Assembly: GCA_951406725.2 (NCBI GenBank)
Contig: OX597815.1
Coordinates: 143,902,001-143,966,000 of the forward strand
Direction: 5' to 3'
From: Octopus vulgaris
Lineage: Eukaryota
Length of the DNA: 64,000 bases
Shown: positions 26,313 to 42,172 of the stretch, in pieces
How positions within the stretch are numbered: position 1 is the stretch's first letter
Layout: each line of letters opens with the position of its first letter
The notes under the pieces: model-generated
The model's database searches: none
What the model saw: only the letters and a program-made list of their open reading frames with translations
Told to the model about the DNA's origin: nothing
Program-made: the position numbers and the translations under genes

Positions 26313-26674
26313 ATATATAAATAAGCTTGTAAAGATGAAGACTACAGGAATTTTTTGAAAAATAATGACATGACCAACTGGGGAGAAACAAGCTTCGTAG
26401 CTGTTGATTTAATAATGGTTCTAATATAATCATTCCAGGTGATGTCTTAAGAAACGCTAAGCCTAAAAACCAAAGACTGGAAGCACGGTATGAGGGAATT
26501 TAATGTTACACTCCAACGATGTTACACTTCTAAAATAGCTCTTCGCAGCGTAGGCCTGGCTGGCCAATGAAATTGTGTTGAACAACAGACCATAGCAGAT
26601 GCTATGTTGTGGAGACTTCTATACAACATGAGGCTGAGGATCTAGCTAATGTGAGACAGCAGTTTCTGGAGCAC

Positions 26675-26888
26675 GGTGGCGAGCTGGCAAAAACGTTAGC
26701 ACGCCGGGCAAAATGCTTAGGCGGTATTTCATCAGTCTTTACGTTCTGAGTTCAAATTCCACCGAGGTCGACTTTACCTTCCATCCTTTAGGGGTCGATA
26801 AATTAAGTACCAGTTGTGTATTGGGATCGACCTAATCGACTGGCCCCCTTCCCCAAAATTTCGGGCCTTGTGCCTAGAGTAGAAAAGT
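26675..26888 (+). mobile_element. SINE family B
   Basis: GGCGAGCTGGCA head, box B-like GAGTTCAAATTCC. Homologous to 41936-42172. Confidence 0.85.
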
Positions 26889-26980
26889 ATATACAAACAC
26901 ATTTATACATAATATTTATACATAATATTCATTTATTTATGTTCATATCTTTTATAAGCATACTAGTTTTAGTCTGTGAA

Positions 26981-27143
26981 CTATGGCTATGCCGGGGAAC
27001 CGCATTGAAAGATTTAATCGAACAAAGCGACCCCAGTACTTAACTTTTGTAGCTTACGGAGACGTAAACAAACCAGCTCCGGTCGTCATGCAGTGGTAGG
27101 GTATTAACTCACTCACGTACACACACACAGACACACACACACA

Positions 27144-27193
<50 letters not shown>

Positions 27194-27373
27194 CACATAC
27201 ACACAAACAAACAAACAAACAATACGACAATATATCTACCAAATCCATCGGAAGGCTTTGGTTGGCCTGGGGTTACAGCAGAAGCTAATTACCCAAGGTG
27301 CCGCACGGTGGGACTGAACCCTAAATCATGTGCCTGGGAAGCAAACTTCTTACCACACAGCCCCACCTTCGCC
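26981..27373 (-). mobile_element. SINE family A, diverged
   Basis: Colinear with 57247-57655, with an expanded internal (CA)n. Confidence 0.8.
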
Positions 27374-27391
27374 AATATATATGTATATACG

Positions 27392-27451
<60 letters not shown>

Positions 27452-27474
27452 TTTATTTAAAGCAGCAGAAAATT

Positions 27475-27530
27475 CAACAAAACCTGTTACTCTGAGTTTC
27501 ACGTTCCCGTTCGTCGGACAGTTTTTGCTA
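27475..27530 (-). ncRNA. Type I hammerhead-ribozyme-like motif with U4C core (CCGACGA)
   Basis: UAGCAAAAACUGU-CCGACGA-ACG(GGAA)CGU-GAAACU(CAG)AGU-A-ACAGGUUUUGUUG. All three stems pair, the predicted cleavage triplet is GUA, and AAUAAA follows. Confidence 0.65.
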
Positions 27531-27643
<113 letters not shown>

Positions 27644-27905
27644 TCCATATATACATACATATATATATGTTTATATATACATATAAAAATATATGTACAC
27701 ACACAAACACACACATGTATATACAACACACACACATACACACATAAATATATTATCATATTTGAATATATGCTCTGTCCTTGAACATGTAGAAACATGC
27801 ACACACACACAAATATACACATATGCATACATACATACATACACACAAGCACGCACATACATACATACATACATAAATACATACATACATACATACATAC
27901 ATACA

Positions 27906-27937
<32 letters not shown>

Positions 27938-28047
27938 AATGAATACATATATCTCGACGAAGACCAAATCGAAAGAAGTAGAAGCAGAAGGAAGAGGAAC
28001 AATAGCGTCAAAAAAGAAACAACAACAACAACAAGAACAACAACAAG

Positions 28048-28182
28048 AAACATTAAGGTTACAATGAACCTTAGAAGAAATATTTCCACAGATTGAACAG
28101 CGAAACATTATTATGGCAACAGCTGCAACAACAACGATAACAACAACATCAGCCACAACAACTACAACAATAATAGATGAAA

Positions 28183-28243
<61 letters not shown>

Positions 28244-28573
28244 GTAACAATAATAGAACAAGTACAACTGATCAGAGAACATCCTCATAAAAGAACCATC
28301 GCCGCTACCACCACGACCACTACTCACAACGGCAACAAATACAACTGTGCTGTCAACAATGGCGATCCACAAAGTATATTAATATTTTGAATATAGCAAG
28401 CAAAACGGGATTCGGTTTCTTTTCGTCATTTTGCTATTTCATTTGACATCCGAAAAAAAAATTGGCCCTTTTTTCTTTTGGCACTTGTTTGAGTATGGTT
28501 TTGTGGTTGTGTGTGTGTGTCTTTATTTTCTGCTTTCTCTCCCACTCTGAGAGAAAGAAAAGAAAATGGGATT
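28048..28573. repeat. Duplicated non-coding unit, copy 1
   Basis: Blocks 28048-28121 and 28353-28451 each differ from their counterparts at 36795 and 37010 by 2 substitutions. Confidence 0.9.
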
Positions 28574-28905
28574 GCTACATATTTATGCCGTAGGATTTTA
28601 TATATGTAATATAGTGAATTGAGAAAATTCGATTAACTGAGATTATCCCTGCGATCAGAAGAAAAACCTTCCTCTGGAGGTATTGAAAAAATATAAAGGA
28701 AAAGAGACGCCAACATTATAGAGTCAATCATGGTTTTTGTAAAATAAAGTCGATGCAGATTGGAGCGGATCTTTTCCCTAAGATCATCTTTTGGAAGCAA
28801 CGGACGTATTTCACTTTTGTTAGATCTCATCAGCGAAGCATATTCTCTTCAGATGGCAAGAGTTAGAAATGATTATAAATATTTTACCTACCGAGTGTAT
28901 TTGTG

Positions 28906-29011
<106 letters not shown>

Positions 29012-29017
29012 TGTATG

Positions 29018-29073
<56 letters not shown>

Positions 29074-29083
29074 TAAATAAATA

Positions 29084-29465
29084 TACTCTTTTCCTCTTTT
29101 ATTTGTTTCAGTCATTTGACTGCGGCCATGTTGGAGCACTGCTTTTAGTCGAATTAATCGACCCCAGGACTTATTCTTTAAAAGCCTAGTACTTATTCTA
29201 TAGGCCTCTTTTGCCGAACCGCTAAGTTACGGTGACGCAAACACACCAAGCGATGGTGGGGGAACAAACTCAGACACACAAATACATACATGCATACATA
29301 CAAACATATATATATATATGACGGGCTTCTTTCAGTTTCCGTCTACCAAATCCACTCACTTTTGTCGGCCCGAGGCTATAATAGAAGACACTTGCTCAAG
29401 GTGCCACGAGTGGGACTGAACTTGGAACCATGTGGTTAGAAAGTAAGCTTCTTACCACACAGCCA
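29084..29465 (-). mobile_element. SINE family A
   Basis: Colinear with 57247-57655. Confidence 0.88.
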
Positions 29466-30204
29466 TATATATGACAAAAAGAAAACGGAGAGATTGATGC
29501 TGGCATCCCTTAAAAAGGGTTTTATATCTTTGATTTAATTATACACACACACACACAGACATCTGTATATGTTTATTTGTATATACACATCCTCCGCTTG
29601 ACAACCGGTGATTGTTTGCTTACGTTCCCTGTAACTTGCTCTTTCCGCAAAGGGCTAATATAAGACTATTGAGTACGATCTTCGACCTATTCAACTAAAA
29701 CCCTTGAAGGTGGCGCCCCAGCATGGCCGCAGTTTAATGTCATCAACAGCTAAAGATAAAAGACCTAACCGTAGCATTCACCAGATTTCTTTTACACACA
29801 ATATCTACTCTTATCTGCATCACGTTATTTCCATGAAATTTGAAGGAACATGTCTGTATCCACTGACAGAAAAGAGGGATATGGTTTTGATCGTAATTAG
29901 GATCGTCTTCAGAAGCCGCATAGCATGCTTTCTGTCATCGACGATAATATTTATATAATATATATATATATATATTTTAAATAAACATACAAATTTCCAC
30001 ACGAAAGCACGTAATCTATGCCCTAGGCACGTAACTTCAACCGTGTTTTTTCTGATGTGAATTTGCTACCCAGGTATCGGTTAATTCGAATTATCCTTAA
30101 TAAGATAATTCAACTACCCTTTTATCAACCCTATTATCTCCCCTTATTTCGCTCTCGCGTCTCATGTTTGATCTTTGACCTCTGGCCGAAATCAGATCGC
30201 CATG

Positions 30205-30552
<348 letters not shown>

Positions 30553-30705
30553 GGAAGAGACAGACAGACAGATAGATAGATAGATAATATGTATGTACGT
30601 ATGTATGTATATATGTATATGTTTGTTTTTATGCACAATTATAATTTTTCAAAATTACCTTAATCTGATGGGTTTTTCTATACTTTAGTAGAGTACAAAT
30701 TTATC

Positions 30706-30806
30706 ATTATTGATAGCGATTTCGAAGTTTCGACCAGTTAAGCCATCGTTGGACTGACTCTGATGATGGCTATATAGGCCGAAACTTTGAAACCACTGTC
30801 AATAAT
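30706..30806. repeat. Imperfect palindrome formed by two divergent hammerhead-like motifs
   Basis: Right arm TCTGATGATGGCTATATAGGCCGAAACTTTGAAACCACTGTCAATAAT aligns with the reverse complement of the left arm, TCCAACGATGGCTTAACTGGTCGAAACTTCGAAATCGCTATCAATAAT. Confidence 0.75.
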
Positions 30807-31089
30807 ATTCTTTTTTAAGAATTTTATATATATATATATATATATATATGGCCGTGCCCCAGCATGGCCACAGCTCGTGAGCTGAAACTAGATAAAATAA
30901 ATAAACATAAATAAAATATTATTCAAAGAAATTCCAACTCTGTCTTTTTTTTTAATGTTTTATTTATATTCTTTATAATATTAATGTAGAATATAGAATA
31001 TATAGTATAAAAAGTATATATAGTTGTATAATGAAATGAAGTATTGACTGTCTTATTAAATAGATGAAATATTGAATATCAAATATTAA

Positions 31090-31133
31090 GGGACTAGTAT
31101 ACTTTCTTGCATTAAAGCAGTCTTCAAGGTCCC
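31090..31133 (-). ncRNA. Degenerate type I hammerhead-like motif
   Basis: GGGAC-CUUGAAGA-CUGC(UUUAAU)GCAA-GAAAG(UAUA)CU-A-GUCCC. Perfect stem I and palindromic stem III, one extra U in the core. Confidence 0.5.
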
Positions 31134-31160
31134 ATGTTGTGACAGGAGTGTTTCAACTGA

Positions 31161-31218
<58 letters not shown>

Positions 31219-31332
31219 TAATTAGAATAAAATTTTTATGTAAACCACTAATTAATATATTATTATACTATAAAATTGGATTCAAACTAAATCTGAGAAA
31301 GATTCCCTAATATTTATTATTATATATATAAT

Positions 31333-31380
<48 letters not shown>

Positions 31381-32336
31381 CATATAACCTATGTAGTAGA
31401 CACATAAGCAAGGCTAATTTAGTTATTTTTCTGTAGATTGAAAAAAATGAACAACCTTAATCGATCTTCGAACCTTAATGGATTCTTTTCAGACGTATCT
31501 ACATCAATTTGACCAGTCCCAGACAAACAAGCAGTCAATCTGTTTATATATACAATTCCAATGTCTACAGTGGACTGGACCGATTAATTTGCGTGCCGTC
31601 TGTGCTAACACTTTATTTAATAGCAGGAGCCTATTAATAACTATTGAATCAGATGATTTTGTGAAATCGATTACGTCCGATTTGCATAACAGTGCTCAGC
31701 TGGCAGCCTTTGCTTAATTATTAATGCATTAAATAAATAAAATAGTGGATTAGGATAGCTTGGAATAAATCACAAAATACGTTTTGTGGCCTTACGATCG
31801 CTAAATTAATTTTTTGCAGGATCAGAAAAAGTTGAACTGACCTGACCGGGTTTCGGTTCTATTTAGGAACTTCCCTAAAACTACACTCAGAAAGAGAGAA
31901 GAAGATGAAGGTGCATTAATGTTGAAATTACCGGTTACTGATCCGAGGAATGTGGATAATCAACTGGTTTTGTAGCTGGAATGGTTACATTTCCTATCTC
32001 CTTTCCAACACCTTTCCCTGTTCTTTCTCCGCTTCTTCTTCTTCTTCTTCTTCTTCTTCTTCTTCTTCTTCTTCTTCTTCTTCCCTCTCATTCATTCACC
32101 CTGTGCTCTTCCTTCTCTCCTTCCACTACGAAAGCGACCTCGTCTGCAGTAACCTTTGTGAATAACTTTGCCTCATCTCCGCTGGCGTTTTATCCCGGAG
32201 CACTAATCCATTTTACATAAATTCTACATTTTGTCCGGAAATTTAACCATGTGTCAATCTCGTACCAACTCTCTAACTCTAAGCTTCTCTTCCCGTCTAA
32301 TGGTTTTCTATTTTTTCTCTTTTCTTTTTTTTGCAG

Positions 32337-32448
32337 CTCCGCATATTCGTTTGCATTTCACTATATTTCCATATGTGCTAAATATGCAACCATGGACAAC
32401 TCAAACTCCATATGTCTTGTATTCCGTTCACTTGAATCCAGAGCAAAG
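32337..32448 (+). other. Candidate internal exon (112 nt) of an unidentified gene
   Basis: Branch-like TCTAAT, a long polypyrimidine tract and TTGCAG acceptor, donor AAG|GTGTGA, internal ACCATGG. Confidence 0.35.
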
Positions 32449-32823
32449 GTGTGAATGAGAGTGTTCGCCTGAGCGGGCGACTGTATCAGTTTGCGCTTAC
32501 ATGCATGTGTATGTGAACAAAATATTCATGCATTTAGGTGCGCGTTTATGGTTGTGCGAATAAGTTCAATATGCGAGAGAATGTCTGCAGGAGTTTCTAC
32601 GTACGTGGGTGTGTATGTATATGCGAGCATGTACGAATAGATATAAGAGTGTGCTTGTAGTTATGCATTTACTAAAGCATTTTATTCACAAGCATGCCTT
32701 ATTCAGAAATGTATTCACACGCCAGCGAAACGTAATTTATATTATATATTTATAGATTTTATAGATTTTTATAGATTTTTGTTTATGTACATATATACAT
32801 ATATGTGTGTGTAAGCATGTATT

Positions 32824-32871
<48 letters not shown>

Positions 32872-32921
32872 CAAATATATGCTTACATACATATATTTAT
32901 GTATATATGTACACAAACATA

Positions 32922-33015
<94 letters not shown>

Positions 33016-33874
33016 TATGTATACATATATATATATTCGGGTGAACACACTTCGAGTATGCATAAGTGCTGAGCTAATTATGTTTCCATGCTTCATACCA
33101 ACGCAAGAGCTTTGCTGACCAATTTAAAGAATATATATACTGATATAGTTCTTGTCAAAATCTTGATGTTGTGTGTCTGGAATCCAAAATGGTTTACAGA
33201 ACAGAGCGCTGCCCGAAAGTTTACAGCAGCATCTCATTGCTTAAATCTAATTGAATTAAACTATTCACACACTGTCCCCAGTTTTGATGACATCTTCTTT
33301 CATTCGTTACAACACTCGTATGCACACACATACACACGTACATACACACACACACACACACATGCACACATGTACACATAAACACATAGTACGTATGCAC
33401 GCACAGATGCAGGCACACTTGAAAAAAATATTTTTAAAATGGATGAATTAAGAAATCGTTAGTTTTCCTTTCGGTCTTTAAGTATTCGTCCGGCTTTCTT
33501 GTGATCTGAAATCAACTTTACCTTTCAGATATGGCTGTGCATTTCATCGTTTTGTAGTCAATGAACGTAAAAAAAAAATGAAGGCCCTAGACAAGGCAAG
33601 GCCTAGAGTCCTGGCGCCGTCATCGTCGGACGTTCAGATGTAGAGGACTGTTTATAATTTCTTTTTGAGTGTTTTCATTTACAATAATGCGGGCTCCACC
33701 ATCCTAAATCAGTAACTGGATAAGTTGTCCAATTACATATAAGAGAAACACCTTTTACTTACCAACATAGCGTTATCCAGATCAGATTTTAAAAAATATA
33801 CATCTCATATCAACGTGGAACTTAGCAAGCATGATCGTGATTGAAACTAACTTTTTTGTGTGTGTTTTTTTTAA

Positions 33875-34270
33875 TCTACATTCTAACGATGAAGCTTTGT
33901 ATCTTTGTTAGAAACCAGCTCCTTCCTCGGGTGAAGAATTTAGATAATTAGAAACAGAAGCGAACATACATACTTACAAACAAACATACATCATACATAC
34001 ATAATTGGAGCAATAGGTTTTGTTAGTAAATGCTTAAAAGATAATCTGGATAAACTGGGATTTTCAGAAAGAGAAATCGACCGGCTGATTCGTACATTAC
34101 AAGTGCAACCTGTCAGTGGAACAGTAAAAATATGCAAGATTTTTTTTCTCAAATTCCGAATGTGAATTTGTCTGTGTTAACTACATCCAAGAGATGGAGT
34201 TTGTATCTTTGTTGGAAACTGGCTCCCTCCTTAGTGGAAGATTTATAATAAATAAAAAATACAAGAGACA
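33875..34270 (+). mobile_element. Two tandem copies of the (TACA)n-associated short repeat
   Basis: 33875-33965 and 34075-34270 are homologous to each other and to 16899-17090. Each ends in CATA repeats. Confidence 0.65.
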
Positions 34271-34368
34271 CATACATACATACATACATACATACATACA
34301 TACATACATACATACATACATACGTACGTACATACATACATACATACATACATACATACATACATACA

Positions 34369-34399
<31 letters not shown>

Positions 34400-34470
34400 T
34401 AAGATAGAAATTGAAAAGTTTGGTATATTTCTAATATACCAAACTTTCCAGTCTTTGTTTTATTATAATA

Positions 34471-34987
34471 CTAGCAGTATCGCCCGGCGTTGCTCGGGTT
34501 TGTAAGGGAAATAACTATATAAGCATTTTTAGAGACTTACTTCCCTTATAGATGCCAATTCGGGCTTTCTTAGCCATTTCTGTTTTGGTGTCTTCAAGCC
34601 ATGAAGTCGTTGTTCTAAAAGAACGCTGGTCTCCTTGACAACGCATTACGACGTTGATTTCCTTAAACTCCCTTCCCCACAGCTTCACGAGGGAGGGAAG
34701 AAGGGGGAGAAGCAAACACAGGTGCAGGTGTTTGAGCGTGGACGCCAACTCCGCCGCCATCGACACACGAAAAATTATGCATTAAAATGGAATAAAAAAT
34801 TATGTTAAATTATTTTTTAAATCGTAGACTTATCGTAGACGCGCGCTAATAGCCAGACGGGCTCGATATTAATCACGACTATAAGATACCCGAATTTGGT
34901 TAAACTGCACCGCAAAATGTGGGAGGAGTTAGGAATCTAAATCGTAGGAGACAGACACTCACACAACTAGAGTTTTATATATATAGA
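34471..34987 (-). mobile_element. Non-autonomous Helitron
   Basis: The minus strand begins TC (34987-34986) and ends CTAG (34474-34471), with hairpin CCCGAGCAACGCCGGG about 8 nt before the CTAG. Inserted between A and T without TSD. Confidence 0.88.
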
Positions 34988-35044
34988 TATACTGGTTCTG
35001 TTAATATGACTCACCAGAACTTTCAACTGATAAGTATTCCTTTA

Positions 35045-35489
35045 TTCTTTTATTCGTTTATTTGTTTCAGTCATTTGACTGCGGCCATGCTGAAGCACCA
35101 CCTTTAGTCGAACAAATCGATCTCAGGACTCATTCTTTTTAAGCCTAGTACTTATTCTATCGGTCTCGTTTGCCGAACCACTAAGTTACGTAAACAGACC
35201 AACATCGGCTGTTAAATGATCGTGGGGAGGGGGGACACACACACGCGCGCATATAGATATACGATGGGCTTCTTTCAGTTTCCGTCTACCAAATCCACTC
35301 AGAAGGCTTTGGTCGGCCCAAGGCTATAGTAAAAGACAGTTGCAGAAGATGCCACGCAGTGGAACTGAACCCAGACTGAAAGACTGAATACATTGTTTCA
35401 GGTTCCGTCCCGCTGCGTAGCAGCTTGGGCAAGTGTCTTCTACTACACCCTTGTGAATGGATCCGGAAGACGGAAACAAAGAATCCGGT

Positions 35490-35527
<38 letters not shown>

Positions 35528-35667
35528 TGCATGTGTGTGTGTGCGTGCTGGTGTGTGTGCGTGCATGTATGTGTGTGTGTCTCATCATCACTGGACCATC
35601 GATATTGGTGTATTTACGTCCTCGTAACTGGCGGTTCGGCAAAATTAACCGATAAAATAAGTACCAG
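35045..35667. mobile_element. Two SINE family A copies head-to-head (35045-35375 minus, 35393-35667 plus)
   Basis: Both align to 57247-57655 in opposite orientations, and both are truncated near box B. Confidence 0.8.
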
Positions 35668-35723
35668 CGATATAAATACAAGCGCTTTTATGCATAACAT
35701 GTCTACATGAGGGGTTCTTTCAT

Positions 35724-35794
<71 letters not shown>

Positions 35795-36039
35795 CCTGTA
35801 TGTGTTTGTATTTCCTCTCTATATAACTCTGTGTATCCGATAAAGATAAATTAACAAGATAAGTCACAAGTCATATCTCTCACCTAAAAACTATCTGCAG
35901 CAAATTTATAACCTAAACCAAAATTTAAAATATAAACTAAGAATGCCTAACAATTCCAGAATTAAATGTCTAACTTAAGAGCCTGTGAAATATAAAAGAA
36001 GTCCACTCGTTTTCATACATACTTTATATATATATATAG

Positions 36040-36746
<707 letters not shown>

Positions 36747-36794
36747 TCAGCCAAAACAACAACAATAGCAACATCCTCATGCGAGCAAACATAC

Positions 36795-37318
36795 AAACAT
36801 TAAGGTTACAGTGAACCTTAGAAGAAACATTTCCACAGATTGAACAGCGAAACATTATTATGGCAACAACAACAGCAGCAGGAACAACAACAAAATCAAC
36901 AACTATATTAATGATAATAATAATAACAACAACAATAATAGGACTAGAATACTACACCACGATCTTCGGCACCACTTTCAGCACCAAAAAAACAACAACA
37001 ATTACAGTATCAACAATGGCGATCCACAAAGTATATTAATATTTTGAATATAGCAAGCAAAACGGGATTCGGTTTCTTTTCGTCATTTCGCTATTTCATT
37101 CGACATCCTCAAAAAAAAAAGAAAAAAAGAAAAAAATTGGCCCTTTTTCTTTTGGTATTTGTTTGAGGGTTTTTTGTTTTGTTTTGTTTTGTTTCGCTTT
37201 TTTTTATTTTTCCTTTTTTTTTTGGTTGTTTGTGTGTGTGTGATTTTGTCTTTATTTTCTCCCGTTTCTCCCTCTTTTACATATTATGGATGTTGAGATA
37301 TGAAATAAAAACGGGATT
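36795..37318. repeat. Duplicated non-coding unit, copy 2
   Basis: Homologous to 28048-28573. Confidence 0.9.
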
Positions 37319-37369
37319 AATATGCATTCATACAAATATGAGCCTTGCACATACAAACTGATATATGGA

Positions 37370-39640
<2,271 letters not shown>

Positions 39641-40019
39641 GGCGCAATCATTCGCACACAAGAATACACAACGCAAGTAAGTGTACACACAGCGGGCGAA
39701 GATTGTGTTGGCTGTTTTTGATAAATTCCACCATTTCCTACGTTTATTTGCAAATGTTTGGATAATGAAGCTAAAAACACATGCCTTTAGACACCATCAT
39801 CTCTTCAAAGCCAACTTGATTTTATAGCGTCGTTCTTCGATACAACCGCTACAAATATTCTCTCTCTCTCCTCTCTCTCCATCGTCTCGCTTTCATATAC
39901 CCTCTACCCGTTTAACACAAACTACCCAGGTTTACCCAACACCCTTCTATAACTTCCATTTACTCTTCTTTTACCCGCAACCGTCGTTCATTTATGATGT
40001 CAACGCATATTTGAGAGGT

Positions 40020-40920
40020 TTTTGTTGTTGTTGTTGTTGTGGTAGTGGTTGGGGGGTGACAGCGTCGGCGAAGGCGGTGATGGCGGTGGCGACGGCGGTG
40101 GTGATAGTTGTGGTGGTGGTGGTGGTGGTGGTGGTGGTGGTGGTGGTGGTTGTGGTGGTTGTGGTGGTGGTGGTGGTGGTGGTGGTGGTAATTGAGGGTG
40201 GTTGTGTTTGTGCTGGAGGGGAGTTCGATTGGTTTCGGTTCTTATAGTTATTGTGATAGTGGTTGTGGCGACGGCGGTGGTGGTGGTGGTGGTAGTGGTG
40301 GTGGTAGTAGTGGTAGTGGTGGTGGTGATGGTGGTGGTTGTTGTGGTGGTGGTGGTATTTGTAGTGGTGGTAATTGTAGTGGTAGTAGTGGTGGTAGTGT
40401 TGGTGATGATGGTGGTAGTGGTGGTGGTGGTGGTGGTGGTGGTGGTGATGGTGGTGGTAGTGGTGGTGGTGGTGGTGGTGGTGGTGGTGGTGGTGATGGT
40501 GGTGGTTGTGGTGGTGATGGTGGTGGTGTTGTGGGGTTGTGATGCGAGGTTGGTGATTGGTGTGGTGGTGTTTAAGCCGGAGGCAGTTGTGATTCTGGTA
40601 TTGGTGGCAGTGAAGGTGGTTATTGTGATTGCAGTGGCAAGGTGGTGGCTCCGACGATGGGAATTGTAGCGGTAGTGGCAGTGGTGGTAGCAGTGGTTGG
40701 GTGGTAGTTGTGGTGGTTATAGTGGTAGTAGTGATGGTGGCGTTTGAAAGTAGTAAAGGTTGCGACACTGATGGTTGAGAAGGTGGTGGTGGTGGTGGTG
40801 GTAGATGCGAAGATCGTAGTGGTGATGGTGGTGGTTGGGGTGATTATAAGGGTGTTAATGGTGATGGTTAGGGTGATTGTGAGGGTGTTAATGGTGGAGG
40901 TGATGAAGATTTTGACGCTG
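40020..40920. repeat. Degenerate (GGT)n low-complexity tract
   Basis: Directly visible. The poly-H/T/V/G ORFs are by-products. Confidence 0.9.
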
Positions 40921-40924
40921 TTAT

Positions 40925-41125
40925 TGTAGTTGTTTAACACAAAGTCGGCTCTGTTTGATCAGACATATGATCAAAGGCATTCCAGCCGTGATCATCTCAT
41001 CATTTTTTTTTCCTGAGTATAGTTTACCTCAGATTACATAATCTATTCCCTTTGCTTATTTAAAACGGTTGGATGTGATTTGAGGGACATCTGGCTGCTA
41101 TGTCTAGCCGGTCGTGCGGCCAAAT
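40925..41125. mobile_element. Unclassified interspersed repeat
   Basis: GATCAAAGGCATTCCAGCCGTGA and ATCTGGCTGCTATGTCTAGC are shared with ~12635-12710, ~50535-50610 and, inverted, ~52400-52590. Confidence 0.55.
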
Positions 41126-41174
41126 ACGTAACAATATGTATTGAGATTAGTATCCATAGTGACAGCATGGGTTT

Positions 41175-41229
<55 letters not shown>

Positions 41230-41729
41230 TGTAGTAGAGTCTGTGTTCGGTGGTAGTGGTAGCGTTATTATAAACAGTGGTGTTGGTAGTGGTGATGTTA
41301 ATATAAACAGCAGCGAAAGTAGTGATGTTGTTTGTATAGGTAACAGTGCTCGTAGTGGTGATGTTCGTATAAGAAGTAGCGAGTGGTGGTGGTAGTATAT
41401 GTAGTCGTAATGGTCATTGAGTTAGTGCTAACGTTAGTACAAGTAGCATTGCTAATAGTATAGGTAGTTGTTGCGATAGTGTTGCTTGTATACAGGGGCA
41501 GCGTTAGCACCAGTTGTGGTTTTAGTAATGAGTGTTCACAGAGCTAACTGTGGTAATGGTGGTGGTTGTGGTAGTGGTGGTGGTGGTAGCATAAATAGAG
41601 ATGGGACAATAAAGGTGGTCGTAGTGTTGGTGTTAGTACTCTTGGTCAAGTGGTTAGTATGGACTGTGGTTGGAGTAAGTTGTGATTACTTACACATCCA
41701 GTATGTCTCCACAAGCAAGGACCAGATAC

Positions 41730-41935
41730 AGCAAAGCAAGACAACAGGGTATTGCTGCCAGTAGGAGAAGTTATGAAGGTAAAAGAGGAGAATAAAATAC
41801 TGTAAATGAATAAATTTAGGAAAGTTAAGGGAGGTTAACTTCTCTTAATTTATTCACTTACAGTCTTTCATTCTCCTCCTTTTTCCTTCCTAACTTCTCC
41901 TATAAACGGTGTTACACCGTTGCCTTGCTATGCTA
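41730..41935. repeat. Fold-back inverted repeat with ~100-bp arms and a ~6-nt spacer
   Basis: TAGGAGAAGTTA..GAGGAGAAT..ACTGTAAATGAATAAATT..AAGTTAA mirrors TTAACTT..AATTTATTCACTTACAGT..ATTCTCCTC..TAACTTCTCCTA. Confidence 0.85.
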
Positions 41936-42172
41936 CACCTATTTCTTTACTACCCACAAGGGGCTAAACACAGAGGGGACAAACAAGGACAGACAAACGG
42001 ATTAAGTCCATTATATCGACTCCAGTGCGTAGCTGGTACTTAATTTATCGACCCCGAAGGGATGAAAGGCAAAGTCAACCTCTGCGGAATTTGAACTCAG
42101 AACGTAGCGACAGACGAAATACTGCAAAGCATTCTGCCCGGCGTGCTAACGTTTCTGCCAGCTCGTTGCCTT
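41936..42172 (-). mobile_element. SINE family B, full length, with 11-bp target-site duplication
   Basis: TTGCTATGCTA at 41925-41935 and 42173-42183. Box B-like GAGTTCAAATTCC. Confidence 0.9.

Noticed and set aside
28655-28695. Hammerhead-like CAGAAGA..ACCTTC/GGAGGT..GAAA
   Set aside because: The core is mutated and no stem I, stem III or NUH site can be formed.
39992-40940. Long His/Thr/Gly/Val-rich ORFs
   Set aside because: A degenerate (GGT)n tract open in several frames on both strands, with no splice or domain support.
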